57,306 nucleotides of DNA, filler included, from Trichosphaerium sp. ATCC 40318 (GCA_038496445.1; 3 parts of 3 records of this genome joined end to end with filler, not necessarily neighbours in it); one strand, 5' to 3'. Shown: positions 1 to 17,300, counted from the first letter of the whole stretch. A program made the numbers and translations. Notes: generated from the sequence alone by a model not told the origin.

Positions 1-37
1 TCAAAGGTGCTGTTGGTTTACTTCAAAATCACGTCTC

Positions 38-1270
38 TTAACCACTGACACTGTATGTAGGAGATGATAAACTCAATTTCGGTACGAGAGCTTGTGTTTG
101 GTGCTTAATACTGATACCGTGATTGGATGACATTGATGAGTGCGGAAGGTTTAACCTACAGAGATCAAAAGACGTATATCGAGCCACCTAAATGGAGTTT
201 GTACTTTTTAATTTTAAAGTATTTGTGACAGCTTCATCATGTTCAAAATAGTTTCGTAGAGTATCTAACCGACGGTTATTTAATCCACACAATACAGATA
301 ATGTAAATTGCAAGCGTCAGAAGAAAAGCTGCTTACCAAATCGCGGAGCTTGGCTTGTTCGTCCTTATCCAAACCTCCATTGGTGTAAAAGTCTCTATGA
401 ATGTATATTAAGCGGCAAAAAGGGGGTTCGAATGGCGGAGCGGTACCTGGTCTTCGCTTCTTTTGGATAATGCGTCTTTAGCCAGTGGAAGTATCCAGCT
501 GCTTGAAATATTTGTATCCATTCTGCGCTTATTTGCGATTTTAAAGCTTCCATATCTTCACGAACGTCTCCAAATTTTTTCTTGTACTTGTCAACCGCAA
601 TATCGAAACTTTTGTGTATCTGTTCCCGATTCAGCTAGGCACCTAGAGTTAGGTACCGCCTAATATGATAGCATCGCACCCATTCTGTGTTGTTGCTGGC
701 AGCGTCACCTTGTAATCGCATGTTGTCTCGACCCTTTTAGGTGGTAATTAATTACGTGTTGCGCGCACGGTTCTCGAGTTTTCAAGACAAACCTGTACTC
801 CATCTATAGGCAATCTTTCCACAGCTCCATCACCCACGTGTTTCTGTCTTGGGCTTAGTGATTGCTCTTAAAGTGTAATGGAGTCATACCGACCGTCTAC
901 GAGCCTTCTTTTGTTTTTTACGCATAATTCTGTTGCCATTCTCCATGTCTTCAGATTTACCATATGCTTTATCCCCTATGTCCAATGACACGGCCTATCG
1001 CAAATCAGAAAACGGTGTTGAAGTTTCACGCACGGTCGAGTGTCGAGAACGTCTTCTTGCCTTGTGGTTTTCGTTAGTGCAGCTACAAACTATTGTCGTA
1101 CGCGCTTGGTAGCGGGGTAGCTGTTTTTACCGTCGTGGTCGTTAGGTATTAGCAACCTGTCTTGAGCATGCCTGGTGCCTGCCATCGGTATTTTCTGAAA
1201 CACGTGTTTATTTTCAGGTGTAGCTTGTCTTCACACAACGAATTTTGGATATGGTGTAGCTGTTTGTTAC
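38..1270 (-). CDS. Hypothetical multi-exon protein (5' end approximate)
   Basis: Open minus-strand segments bounded by GT..AG join into a plausible frame (...LNREQIHKSFDIAVDKYKKKFGDVREDMEALKSQISAEWIQIFQAAGYFHWLKTHYPKEAKTR|DFYTNGGLDKDEQAKLRDL|...), with a candidate TAA at 38-40. No family recognised. Confidence 0.35.
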
Positions 1271-3192
1271 AGATATAATTGGATTGGTACGAATTGACAA
1301 GTATTGACTTGATAAACCACAATGAGCGTATAAGATTGACTGTATAAGCGCTAGCGAGAAAATTTAGCCAAATTCTCACGGCATTATCACGTGATGTCGG
1401 ATAAAGTGACTAGGCCTCATACGCTTATTTATGCGTAGAAAAGGAGACCTAGCGTATTTACAAGGTCGTTTGTGGAGTTATACCAGAAAGGGGATATTAT
1501 AACTTCTTACATGAGTTTTCGCTCAACCTTAACACCTCAATGACAACAGCTACAAAGAGAGTACATTACGACGCACTAAAATTACGTAAAAATTTCCAAA
1601 GTCCAACGCTTTTACGTGCGCTTCATGATACCTACACACCTTTACCACGTAATTACACATCACCTTGGTATTTTAGACCAAATGGCTCTTTAACAGTTTT
1701 GTTTAATACCAAATTTCACGCCTGTATACGTTGTATTGGCATCTCTGCAGATAAACAACACCAACAGATAACATGTCTTTTCTGTACAGTTTCAAATTAT
1801 TTTTGTTTTGATTCCTATTTACATTTTTGACACTATGTAGTAAACAACAGCAATAAAAATGTTCTTTGTTTCTGAAACAAAGAAATATGTAAATTCCCTG
1901 CTTGTAATTGGTTTTCTACATTGTAAAGTTATCATCCTTGTCATGATTGTCACTTATATTGGTATTTCTTTAGTAATAGCACTGCCATTGTAAAGAGGAT
2001 GCAAATTAATGTCTTTATCAGGGCTAAACAAGGCTTTGCCTTAAATATAAAGGCATTTTTCAAAATCAAGCATTCATGGCAAAAATCAGGCATTCAAAAA
2101 TGTCAAATGCCTAATTTTGCAAAGGCAATAGCAACAAAAAAGAAAAGCAAGCATTGAAATAAAGCTTTATTGGGCATTGTCTTAATTGTTGCAATGGTTT
2201 GTTTTTTTTTAGACAATGCCTGCCCTAGTTTTTTTATGCATTGCCAGCCTTAAATTTACAGGCAATAACTAGGCATTGGTTGTGTACACATTGTACATTA
2301 ATGGTACATTGGTTTAAGGTAAGTTTCCACCACACCAACACTTTCTGACATTTTTTTCCATTTACTACTGACAATTTATATAGACAATATCACCACACAC
2401 TTTAGTATTTTATGGTTTCTAATGAAAGTATTGTAATTTGAACCACAGCACCCAAATGCATCTATGACAGGAGTACAGGTACTTTACACCATTTTTCAGT
2501 CCATGAAAAGTATACCAATAATTTGTTAATTTTTTTTTCTAGCTAGGGTGATCCCAAATAGTAATCCAGCGATTCCAAATAGTAATGGATCACTTTTTGG
2601 AATTGCAGGTTTACTATTTCAAAGTACACGCATTTTATGGAGAATGCGTGTATCTGTTGTACTAAATAAAGCAAGCCTCACATGATACAAATGAAGTCAT
2701 TGAGTCCTTTCATACTTTCTTTTACTTTTATTTGTCTGTGTTGCATCAAGCGACCCAATCGCAGATACATTGATGTCAAAAGGGTTACATAGGAGTTGCA
2801 CCTACCACTCTCAATGGGAAGACAGGATGCCACCTATTAGGCGGACCATAATTGTGCAGTTATGACCCAGCTGCCTGAAAGGAGTGATCAGGTCAAGTTG
2901 TAAAAGCTGACCAAGTTTGTTGATGGTTGATAATAATGTTAGCTGGGATGAGCGCTTGCAGGCGCTCATATTTGTATTTGTGATGAATAAACGTCAGGAA
3001 CATGTGCTGTCACTGTGTTGAATAGAGTTATATTCCAGCCAGACAATTTTGAGAATCACCAAAAACTCAATTTGTTGCTTGGTTTGAGTTTACCTAAGTT
3101 GTTTAGTGTTAAAGTTGTATTTGAAAGATAGTTTAAGCGTAAAGTGTAGAATAGAGATGAGATTGGCCAAAGAAGAATTGAATAAAGACCAA

Positions 3193-4259
3193 CAGTGGTG
3201 GAATCGGACAGAACACGAATCGCACGTTTTGGGCACGTTTTGGGCACGTTTATTTTCCACGCAAAAGACACGTTTTGGACACGTTTTGGGCACGTTTTTT
3301 TTCCACGCAAAAGGCACGTTTCTCTTCCACATGCTGGCCACGCAAATCGCACGTTTTGGACACGTTTTGGGCACGTTTATTATCTACGTTTTGGGCACGT
3401 TTTAGGCACGTTTATTTTCCACGTTTTGGGCACGTTTTGGGCACGCATAAAACACCACTTTATAGAGGAAAAGAAAATAACGATTTATTACGATACATAA
3501 CACATAACAATTACAAAGAGGTTTGGTACAATTATTACAAACTTTACATAAAACTATCCCCACATAAACAATACCCAGTTTATATCAACCAACTTCATGT
3601 TTTTGCCATTTTACCTGCTTTTTTCACCAATCCTGCCTTATCGTAAATACTTAAGCAAGAACTTACCTAATTAGGCAAAAAATCTCAAATCCAATAATCG
3701 TCTTTAAAAAGAGGTTTAGTGGAGTTATTGAGCCATAATATCCTTAAACTACCCTAAATACCTATTTTCTATCGTTTTTGCCTTAAAAAGGGGCACCGAA
3801 CCCCAAACCACCACGAAACCATGCATCGTACCTAATAGTGGGCCATGCTTCGTTTTTTAAAGGATTCGTACTAGTAGACCTGAGTTATTCACGAAAAATA
3901 GAAAAATCAAGAAATTGTTGGTTTTTGGGTATTTTTAGATTTTTTCGCCTACTTTTAGAGCCATGCCAATACAAACCTAACTACTGCTTACTTGGGTGAA
4001 AATACATGTTTTATTGTTGACGATTGGAGGCGATCGGCTTTGGGGTGAGATGGTTGAGTTTTGAGTTTGTCAATTTTTTTATTTTGAATTTTTCTCCAAA
4101 TTTCTATTAAGGACAGGTCATGGTTAAAACACGCAAATGGCACGTTTTGGGCACGTTTATTGCAAATATACAACACGCAAATGGCACGTTTTGGGCACGT
4201 TTATTTTCCACGCAAATGGCACGTTTTAAGCACGCGTATTTTGTCCGATTCCACCACTG
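3193..4259. mobile_element. Non-autonomous DNA transposon (MITE/foldback-like), 1067 bp, with subterminal GCACGTTTT(GG) arrays
   Basis: 18-bp terminal inverted repeats: CAGTGGTGGAATCGGACA at 3193 and TGTCCGATTCCACCACTG ending at 4259. Tandem gcacgttttgg motifs lie inside both ends. No coding capacity and no perfect TSD (flanks aa / ga). Confidence 0.75.
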
Positions 4260-4299
4260 GAATTCCTACACTTCCAAATACAATGCATAACAAAACTGT

Positions 4300-7200
4300 T
4301 TTGTATAGCTTTTTCTTTGTTAGATGAATATTTCAAAGTATAGTCAGACCATCCATTTAGATTTGGTGAGATATGTTTGACAAACATACTTCCAATAGCT
4401 TTGGCATAGTTTCATTCAAAAAAGAGACAATGACATTGTAAAGGATACACTGGCTATTTGTGTGTCTGGCAGAAAGTAATTTTTTTGAAATCTCCAAAAT
4501 ATCATGTGATTTGTTGATTCTCCTTAAAGAACTAACAGAGTTAAGCATTTTGTGAACCTTTCAACTGTTATCAACATAATTTTTAGTGTAAAAGGCCATT
4601 TTATCAGTAAGTTTGGGTTGGCACAATAAACCCACCTTTTTTGAAAAAAAAAAAAAAAAAGTAGGTTTGGGTTGGGTTGTGTTTGACAATGTCAGATACT
4701 TTAACATACCTTTGACTAAGTACGTACCACATGCAGGTTAGGTACATGTCAAAAGTATGTGTCACAGTACAAGGCAAAAGTATGTGTCATATACAGGTTT
4801 TGTATATGCCAAAATCTTGATTACAGTACTGTTACAGCAAATAACATAATCAGAAACACAGCTGTAGTACTTGATCCAATGGAAACAAAACATATTTGGA
4901 AAATCATTACAAACATACCATGCCAAATTAATGGTTAAATAAAATACAATTTCTCAATAGTATGGTTTATTATGATGTACATAGTAGAAACTGTTGATAC
5001 AGTTCTTTTTGTACAATTTTACTTATTTTGTTTAATACGTACGTAACACGTACATGCCACATACGTATATTGTACATGTGAAAAGTACGTGGCACGTACA
5101 TATATTGTACGTGTGAAAAAGTATGTGGCACGTACGTATATTGTACGTGTGAAAAGTACGTGGCATGTACGTATATTGTATGTGTGAAAAAGTACGTGGC
5201 ACGTACGTATATTGTACGTGTGAAAAGTACGTGCCACGTACGTATATTGTACGTGTGAAAAGTACGTGCCACGTACGTATATTGTACGTGTCAAAATCCC
5301 GATTTCACTACTGTACCATATCACCAGATTTAAATGATACTTTGAACAGTAGTAAAATCGGGAGTATGGATAATGTACGGATAGAGTACGGGTCAAAATA
5401 TGTGTCTACACAAAATAGTAAAAACGATGGATTGGTTTATTGTTTTCTTAACTATTACAAGTACATTTACATTACAACACATTACAATACATTACATTAC
5501 AACCCCATTACCACTAAACGACCATGTTTTTGACCTGTTTGAGGAGATATTTTAGACATCATGCCTTAATTGTCCTAAAACCCAACTTAATATCCACAAC
5601 TTAACAACTATTTCAGAAAAATGCTTGAAACCCATAATCACCTTTAAAAAGTGGTTTAATAAAGCTTTTAGGCCATAATATCCTTAAACTACTCCAAATA
5701 CATATTTTCTGTCGTTTTTGCCTAAAAATGGTGAGCTGATCCCCAAACCACCATGAAACCATGCATTGTACCTAAATATACCTAATGCTACATTTTTTGA
5801 GCAGTTCATACAGTCAGTCCAAAGTTATTCAATAAAACAACAAAATTCAGCAAAAGCTACATTTTGCACTTTATTAAGTTTTCTCCTCTACTTTTTAAGT
5901 AAATGTCCTAATAACTATAAAACACCATCTTCTATTAAAAATACATGTTTTTGTACCTTACAATTACAAGCTGCCATTTAATTGCAGTAATTTTTTTTTG
6001 GATTTTTTGATGTTTATGTGGGGATAGTTTTATGTAAAGTTTGTAATAATTGTACCAAACCTCTTTGTGTTATGTATTGTAATAAATTGTTATTTTTTTT
6101 TCCTTTATAAAGAGGTGTTTTATGCATGTTCAAAACGTGCAATATGCGTGGCAAATATGTGTGTCCAAAACATGGAAAATAAATGCACCCAAAACGTGCC
6201 CAAAACGTGTGATTTGCGTGGCCAGCGTGGAAGAGAAACATGTCTTTTGTGTGGAAAAAAAACATGCCCAAAACATGTCCAAAACATGCCTTTTGCATGG
6301 AAAATAAATGTGCCCAAAATGTGCCCAAAACGTGCGATTCGGGTGTCGTCCAATTCCACCACTGTAAAGGGTTTTTTTTTAATACATTACTTTGTTTTTC
6401 AGACTGTTTTACGACTAATGAACTAGATTTTATTTATTTTTGTACTAATAATAATTATTTATTTGTTTTTATTGTTATTGGTAGAGAAGCTGTGCAAAAC
6501 CATTGCAAAGACTGCTGCAATTTCAATTGCATGTACATAAAAAACACTGTGAACAGCACAGACATGACAACTCAGGAGGTGACAAAGTGGCTCTCTGAGC
6601 ACTGTGTGGAATTTGTGCATGAGAAGTATAAACTTCCTGATATGCATAGCTTTTTCTTTGTTAAATGAATATTTCAAAAGTATAGTCAGACCATCCATTT
6701 AGATTTGGTGAAATATGTTTGACAAGCATACTTCCAATAGCTTTGGCATAATTCCATTCAAAAAAAAGACATTGACATTGCAGAGAATACTGGCTATCTG
6801 TGTTGGGCAAAAAGTAATTTTAGTAGAAATCTCCAAAGAATATCATGTGGTCTGTTGATTTTCCAGACTTAAGCATTTTGTGAATCTTTAAACTTTTATC
6901 TAACATATTTTTTAGTGTAAAAGGACATTTGATATCAGTATGTTTGGGTTGTGTTTGACAATGGCAGCAGTACTGGAATCGAGATTTTGACTTTTACTAA
7001 ACCTGTACAGAACCTGTACTTTTGACCTTACCTAACTCATACAGGTTTCATACCTGTACAAAACCCTTACATGACCTGTACTTTTGACCCATACTTAACC
7101 TGTACAGATTCCATATTGTTGATCTGTACTCTACCCGTACAAGATCTGTACGGGTAGAGTAAATAATATGAAAAATTGTAATTATTGGATACAAAACATA

Positions 7201-7932
7201 CCCCTCTTTTCCCCATACAATGTATATGTACACATATACCACATGTGTGCCAAAACCACAACCATCAGTATACACTTGCAATTAAAAAAAATGGCCATCA
7301 TATTTGGATTTGGAGATCAAAAAATCCAAAAAAAATTACTGCAATTAAATGGCAGCTTGTAATCATAAGGTACAAAAACATGTATTATTAATAAAAGAGG
7401 GTGTTTTAAGGTTATTAGGGCATTTACTTAAAAAGTAGAGGAGAAAACTTAATAAAGTGCAAAATGTAGCTTTATGCTGAATTTTGTTGTTTTAATAACT
7501 TTGGTCTCACTGCATGAACTGCTCAGAAAATGTAGCATTAGGTATATTTAGGTACAATGCATGGTTTCATGGTGGTTTGGGGATCAGCTCACCATTTTTA
7601 GGCAAAAATGACAGAAAATATGTATTTGGAGTAGTTTAAAGATATTATGGCCTAATAGCTCCATTAACCCCTTTTTAAAGATGATTATTGTCCAAAACAT
7701 GCCCACTCCATGTTTTTGCAGTTTTGCCTCAACCTAACTACTGCTAACTTGGGTGAAAATACATGTTTTATTGTTAGCAATTGGAGGCAATCTGCTTTGG
7801 AAGATGGTTGAGTGTTGAGATTGACATTTTTGTATTGTTAATTTTTTGGACAAATTTCTATCAACAGGTCATTGTTAAAACACAAATGGCACATTTTGGG
7901 CATGTGTATTTTGTACACTTCCACCACTGCTG
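4300..7932. mobile_element. Mosaic of nested, truncated elements of the same CAGT-terminus family plus a diverged direct repeat
   Basis: Related termini (CAGT-nn-T-nn-AATCG-like) occur at 4831(rc), 5313(rc), 5347, 6364(rc), 6968 and 7929(rc). 6013-6364 is an inverted diverged copy of 3193-3567. A shared internal block (aaaccatgcat.gtacctaa) occurs at ~3815, ~5755 and ~7555(rc). ~4307-4690 is repeated directly at ~6647-6960. Confidence 0.6.
5030..5313. repeat. Purine-pyrimidine-rich tandem array (~36-nt unit gcacgtacgtatattgtacgtgtgaaaagtacgt), subterminal to a CAGTAGTGAAATCGG end
   Basis: About 7 units are visible, abutting the terminal motif at 5299-5313. The array is mirrored at 17632-17910. 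Confidence 0.7.
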
Positions 7933-8127
7933 TAACTGTAAAGTTTGTTTACATAAACCATAGTTATTCACTTGTTTCCAGCTTTTAAAGAAAGTTGGTA
8001 CCAACAAATGAACCAAGTTTTGACAGCTTTGACATTGACAAAATTTTTTTACATCCATTGCAGAAAATTTAATGGTAAACAATTGATAAAATTGGCATTG
8101 ATTTATTATCATCTACAATGTTTACAA

Positions 8128-10683
<2,556 letters not shown>

Positions 10684-11765
10684 TCAATATTTAAATATCT
10701 ACAAAAGTCGTAAGGCGGAGAAGAGGTGTGAGTTGCGTACTTTTTGATGAAAAAAGAAAACTGAAGAATTTTAGAAAGGCCCTAGGAAAAACCTCCGAAT
10801 GCTCGGCCCAGAGTTATTAATAACGTGTAATTGCAATCTCATTTCGGTTTACGGTCTTAGGAAGCAATAAAATGGGTAATTGAACCCGTAAAACACAAGT
10901 TGCGAAGAGGTATCGCTGGTTTTTTGTTATTCGATGATTACTTTCAAAGAACAACTCCTTGTTTTTTATCTTTTTAGTCGCCATCTACAGTTTCTTCGGT
11001 GCTGGCGCGTTGGCCATACCGCGTAAAACGAAACAAGAATTCTTGAAATAGCTCTCTACTGCGTTGTGGAATTGCAGAAAAAAAAAAGAGCTGGAGGTCT
11101 TTTATTATACTGTACACTTGCTAAAACACCACCTAAAGCCCCATCTTATCTAATGTGGCGTGTCTTTTTGCGATGCCTTTCATTGCGTTCCAATTTATTC
11201 ATTTTTGACTAATACTGCCGTCAGCGAACACACTATAACCAACGATGGCGTAGAGCTTGGTTTGAAAATAAACGTGGTGCGTGTGTGATGCGTACCTTAA
11301 GCACTTGATTATATTCGTTCTGGAAATGTATTGCGGCCTTTCCTCGTGGAAGCTAGAGCGTATGAGCGTGCCTAATGGAGGGTTTCTAGTTAACGTACCA
11401 CACAGGAAATTTTTTTCTTGTTTCTGCCACTTTTGCCGTTTGTGGCGCGTATTAGACAACAAGTATCACCTTTTACATCCTTTCTGTTCGGTAGGACTTG
11501 CTCAGTTTTTGCTTTGTGCGAGTTACAATGTCAAGCGCTATTGATAAACGTACCAGCTTTGAACGTTATGAAGACAGTGCCAGATTCCTTTGTCTCATCG
11601 AACATTTGGCGCAGTGCGCGTAAAAATTTATCTGGAGCGAGACGCATACGATTTTTACAGAACAGACGCGATACGGACAGATGCCACGTTTGTTTACATT
11701 TATTGACCGAGTGCTAAAACTATGTTGGACTTTAAACACCCTTCTTTCGAAAGTACTGTAACCGC

Positions 11766-12424
11766 ATGGAAACGATACTCTCCTTCAGTCTCGCTGTTTT
11801 TTATTGTGTGGCATGCGCATTGCAGGTATTGGGATCGCTAAGCCGGGTGCAAGCTGTTAAATCGCAAATTTTTAGGTCAATGATCCTGATGCGGCGTTGT
11901 GGATGATTTTCTACGCAATTGGAGCAGGTGCGGTGTACTCTAACCGTTTTGAGAATTACCATTAACAATCATCAAGTGATAGCCGTACTTGTTGGACTAC
12001 GATTACCCCATTCACACGCGCTAGCTAGGTACAGTACAATTCACACTAACAAACACGTGACACTTACACTCACCACCTTTTTTAATTGTCGGTCAGGTTT
12101 TATTCTATGGCTCCAATTGCTATGGCTGCATATTTGTGTTACGGTATGGCAGCTGATGGAACATTTAATGACATGCAAACGCAAGAGGTGACTACTTGGT
12201 TCGACCACGAGCAAGTACGAGAATTGGGTGGCGCGTTAATCCTATTCTTGGGCCTGCACTCTATTTCAGGGCAATCATCCACCACCAGCAGCAAATTGCC
12301 AGCGATTGCCATGGTTGTAGTTGGTGTATGTGCCACATACGCAGCCTTATATTCCAGATACGGCTACTATGGCAAAGCTGGTTGCGCTGCATCGCCGGAT
12401 GCTACCCAAAGCCCAGAATTATAG
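11766..12424 (+). CDS. Small multi-pass membrane protein, multi-exon, unknown function
   Basis: ATG at 11766 gives hydrophobic METILSFSLAVFYCVACALQ followed by a GT donor. The last exon (ORF 12086-12424) has several hydrophobic segments. Convergent with NSF. Confidence 0.4.
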
Positions 12425-12513
12425 TGCGTTTGCAAAAAGTACAGGGAGAGATTTTACAGATTTGTGTTATTGATAAAAGTTACATTAGTCACTTGTTTTG
12501 TTAAATGTCTACA

Positions 12514-14397
12514 TTACGGCCTTCCTGCGCTCGCTAGATTGTATCCATAGTCACCCATGCACTGCATAAAATGACGCATTGTAGCACCTTGTATGTGTGG
12601 TTATTCCAGAGAATGTTGTTATGTGTGTGCGCTTTGGTTGGTACCTCCTTGTTCCTTTGCCTGTTGCTTTGCCATTTCAGCAATGTTGATGAGCTTCTTG
12701 ATCGGTATCATGTCATTAAATGCAACAGCTATTTGCGCAAGTTCATCTTCTTCGAAGCCGCCCAACTCTTTCAAGACCTGCAAGGCAAACTCTATTAGTA
12801 ACGTGCGACATGTACACTTGAGTACCTTTTGAACTTCTTCACCACCGCGTACACTAGGCATTTGTATGGTAGCGTGGAACACACCAGCAAACTCTAGTTG
12901 ATTGAGCGTCTCCAGGGCAGATGTGGTCGCCAGAATGCACAGGCGCCGGCCCTTTGGTGGAATCTTTTTGAAGAGCACCAACAGAGCTTGCAATACTACA
13001 TTTGAGAAGCGCGGTCCAATACCGACGTAGTCCAATAGCCTTTCGATATCGTCAACTATATAGCAAGAAAATAAATGTTAAATGAGGAGAGTTACTATGT
13101 CACACTCTGTACATACTACAGCGCACGTACCGACGATTACACTGAACTTGGATTTGTATGCGTCTTCAAAGACCTTGGCTATCTTGTCTACTTTGACACG
13201 CTCATTGCACCCAACCAACGCCTCTGGAGTGATCAATTTTACATATGGGACACCACTGCTAATGGCAAGAGAAGCTGCCAATGCTGTTTTACCAGATCCT
13301 GGAGCACCTGCAATGGTATATTAACATACTTTCTGCTGGACACACGATATAAAACAAGAAATGTCCAATGTCTAAGGTGACGCTGTTTTGTTGAAGACAT
13401 ACCGCATATACCAACAGTCAGTATTCTTGTCCTTGATGACTCCAGCATTTGCTTGATGAATCGTTGTCCTGTGGCCTGTACACGTGCGAACCTAGGTCCG
13501 TAATGAATGATGCCATTTGTAGCACCTACATCAATTCAGGTGAGACAAATACACAACTGTTTTGCTATGAGACAAGATATACGCACAAGAGGCAAATTGA
13601 TCCTCAGAAACGCCAAAAGCTGGTTTGATTTCCTGTATTTGGTTAAAATGAATGGTATACCCCAAGGGGTTGACAGTGACAGCAAGACGTACATTAAGAG
13701 CCAGCGCAAAATCATCTCGCATGACCTTGATCTTGGACGGATCAACGGGCTTTGTAGGGTTCTTTGCATCTACGTGTCTGTTCATAGCATATGACGCCGC
13801 TGACTTTGAAACACCCTATAACAAAATGCGGATGAGGATTTGGAATGTTGGCAAAAGGGGGTTGTCAAGTCACAAATCCATTCTGGATGGGTTTTTACCT
13901 CAATTTCAGCACCGCTGTAATTTTTTGTGTTTGCAGCAAGATTACCAAGGTCTACATCACCGCCCAGCAACTTATGTTTTTTCATTGAGGCTGTGTGAAT
14001 TTGGAAAATCTGCAATCTGCCTTGTTCGTCCGGTAATGATATCTCCATTTTTACTTCTAAACGACCAGGACGGAGGAGGGCGTCATCCATCATGTCTGGT
14101 CTGTTTGTCATACCAATCACCAAAATGTTGTTTAGCTCTTCCACACCATCTAGCTTTGCCAAAAGCTGATTTACAATACTGTCGCCAACGCCTGTGCCGC
14201 CTGCAGAACCACTCCCACGAGACTAAAATTACAAAATATTAAGTGGTGATAATGATAATGATCATGATCATGATGATGAGCAGAGAACAAACTTAATTTG
14301 TGTAGTACTACCCAATCACACTGGACATATGACGCACCTTGCAAATTGCATCAATTTCATCAAAGATGATAATATGTAAATCGCTCTCGTCACCCCT
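12514..14397 (-). CDS. NSF: Vesicle-fusing AAA+ ATPase NSF/Sec18, 3' half only (from D1 Walker B through D2); 5' part absent here
   Basis: [20 protein letters not shown]; [34 protein letters not shown]; NYSGAEIE; IKPAFGVS; D2 Walker [10 protein letters not shown]; FEDAYKS; [21 protein letters not shown]; stop TAA at 12514-12516. Sequence beyond 14400 is the inverted DDX3 copy. Confidence 0.9.
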
Positions 14398-14399
14398 TT

Positions 14400-17300
14400 A
14401 GGTAACCCACGTCATCAACTTTGATCTACCCCACGACATTGCCGATTACGTTCATCGTATCGGTCGTACCGGTCGTGTTGGTAACCAAGGACTTGCTACT
14501 GCATTCTACTGCGATAAGAACAGAAACATTGTTCGCGGCTTGGTAGAGCTATTGTCAAGCGCCAGCCAGGAAATTCCTCCTTGGTTAGAAGATGCATCAA
14601 TCTCTGCTAGCCGTGGTGGCTATTCCCGTGGCAAGCCTGGTAAGAGAGGCGGTTATGGGCGCAGAGGAGGCGGCGGTGGCCGTTACGGTGGCGGTGGTGC
14701 TCGTAGTCGTAACCCTGACTTCTACCAACGTGGTTCTCAAGGCGGTAACTACGGTGGCAACTACGGCGGAGGCGGTGGTAACAGCGGCTTTTCGTTCGGT
14801 GGCAGTGATATCAGATATTAGTTGTAAACATTGTAGATGATAATAAATCAATGCCAATTTTATCAATTGTTTACCATTAAATTTTCTGCAATGGATGTAA
14901 AAAATTTTTGTCAATGTCAAAGCTGTCAAAACTTGGTTCATTTGTTGGTACCAACTTTCTTTAAAAGCTGGAAACAAGTGAATAACTATGGTTTATGTAA
15001 ACAAACTTTACAGTTACAGCAGTGGTGGAAGTGTACAAAATACACATGCCCAAAATGTGCCATTTGTGTTTTAACAATGACCTGTGATAGAAATTTGTCA
15101 AAAAATTAACAATACAAAAATGTCAATCTCAACACTCAACCATCTTCCAAAGCAGATTGCCTCCAATTGCTAACAATAAAACATGTATTTTCACCCAAGT
15201 TAGCAGTAGTTAGGTTGAGGCAAAACTGCAAAAACATGGAGTGGGCATGTTTTGGACAATAATCATCTTTAAAAAGGGGTTAATGGAGCTATTAGGCCAT
15301 AATATCTTTAAACTACTCCAAATACATATTTTCTGTCATTTTTGCCTAAAAATGGTGAGCTGATCCCCAAACCACCATGAAACCATGCATTGTACCTAAA
15401 TATACCTAATGCTACATTTTCTGAGCAGTTCATGCAGTGAGACCAAAGTTTATTAAAACAACAAAATTCAGCATAAAGCTACATTTTGCACTTTATTAAG
15501 TTTTCTCCTCTACTTTTTAAGTAAATGCCCTAATAACCTTAAAACACCCTCTTTTATTAATAATACATGTTTTTGTACCTTATGATTACAAGCTGCCATT
15601 TAATTGCAGTAATTTTTTTTGGATTTTTTGATCTCCAAATCCAAATATGATGGCCATTTTTTTTAATTGCAAGTGTATACTGATGGTTGTGGTTTTGGCA
15701 CACATGTGGTATATGTGTACATATACATTGTATGGGGAAAAGAGGGGTATGTTTTGTATCCAATAATTACAATTTTTCATATTATTTACTCTACCCGTAC
15801 AGATCTTGTACGGGTAGAGTACAGATCAACAATATGGAATCTGTACAGGTTAAGTATGGGTCAAAAGTACAGGTCATGTAAGGGTTTTGTACAGGTATGA
15901 AACCTGTATGAGTTAGGTAAGGTCAAAAGTACAGGTTCTGTACATTTTAGTAAAAGTCAAAATCTCGATTCCAGTACTGCTGCCATTGTCAAACACAACC
16001 CAAACATACTGATATCAAATGTCCTTTTACACTAAAAAATATGTTAGATAAAAGTTTAAAGATTCACAAAATGCTTAAGTCTGGAAAATCAACAGACCAC
16101 ATGATATTCTTTGGAGATTTCTACTAAAATTACTTTTTGCCCAACACAGATAGCCAGTATTCTCTGCAATGTCAATGTCTTTTTTTTGAATGGAATTATG
16201 CCAAAGCTATTGGAAGTATGCTTGTCAAACATATTTCACCAAATCTAAATGGATGGTCTGACTATACTTTTGAAATATTCATTTAACAAAGAAAAAGCTA
16301 TGCATATCAGGAAGTTTATACTTCTCATGCACAAATTCCACACAGTGCTCAGAGAGCCACTTTGTCACCTCCTGAGTTGTCATGTCTGTGCTGTTCACAG
16401 TGTTTTTTATGTACATGCAATTGAAATTGCAGCAGTCTTTGCAATGGTTTTGCACAGCTTCTCTACCAATAACAATAAAAACAAATAAATAATTATTATT
16501 AGTACAAAAATAAATAAAATCTAGTTCATTAGTCGTAAAACAGTCTGAAAAACAAAGTAATGTATTAAAAAAAAACCCTTTACAGTGGTGGAATTGGACG
16601 ACACCCGAATCGCACGTTTTGGGCACATTTTGGGCACATTTATTTTCCATGCAAAAGCATGTTTTGGACATGTTTTGGGCATGTTTTTTTTTCCACACAA
16701 AAGACATGTTTCTCTTCCACGCTGGCCACGCAAATCACACGTTTGGGCACGTTTTGGGTGCATTTATTTTCCATGTTTTGGACACACATATTTGCCACGC
16801 ATATTGCACGTTTTGAACATGCATAAAACACCTCTTTATAAAGAAAAAAAAAATAACAATTTATTACAATACATAACACAAAGAGGTTTGGTACAATTAT
16901 TACAAACTTTACATAAAACTATCCCCACATAAACATCAAAAATCCAAAAAAAAATACTGCAATTAAATGGCAGCTTGTAATTGTAAGGTACAAAAACATG
17001 TATTTTTAATAGAAGATGGTGTTTTATAGTTATTAGGACATTTACTTAAAAAGTAGAGGAGAAAACTTAATAAAGTGCAAAATGTAGCTTTTTGCTGAAT
17101 TTTGTTGTTTTATTGAATAACTTTGGACTGACTGTATGAACTGCTCAAAAAATGTAGCATTAGGTATATTTAGGTACAATGCATGGTTTCATGGTGGTTT
17201 GGGGATCAGCTCACCATTTTTTAGGCAAAAACGACAGAAAATATGTATTTGGAGTAGTTTAAGGATATTATGGCCTAAAAGCTTTATTAAACCACTTTTT

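Noticed and set aside
1990-2290. AGGCA/TGCC-rich patch starting CAGGGCTA as another element of the CAG family
   Set aside because: Too degenerate; no matching right terminus or TSD could be defined.
3056-7391. Many overlapping ORFs with repetitive peptides (FGHVLGTF, HVQYTYV, TCPKR), mirrored at 15557-18017
   Set aside because: They are translations of subterminal tandem repeats that happen to lack stops in several frames.
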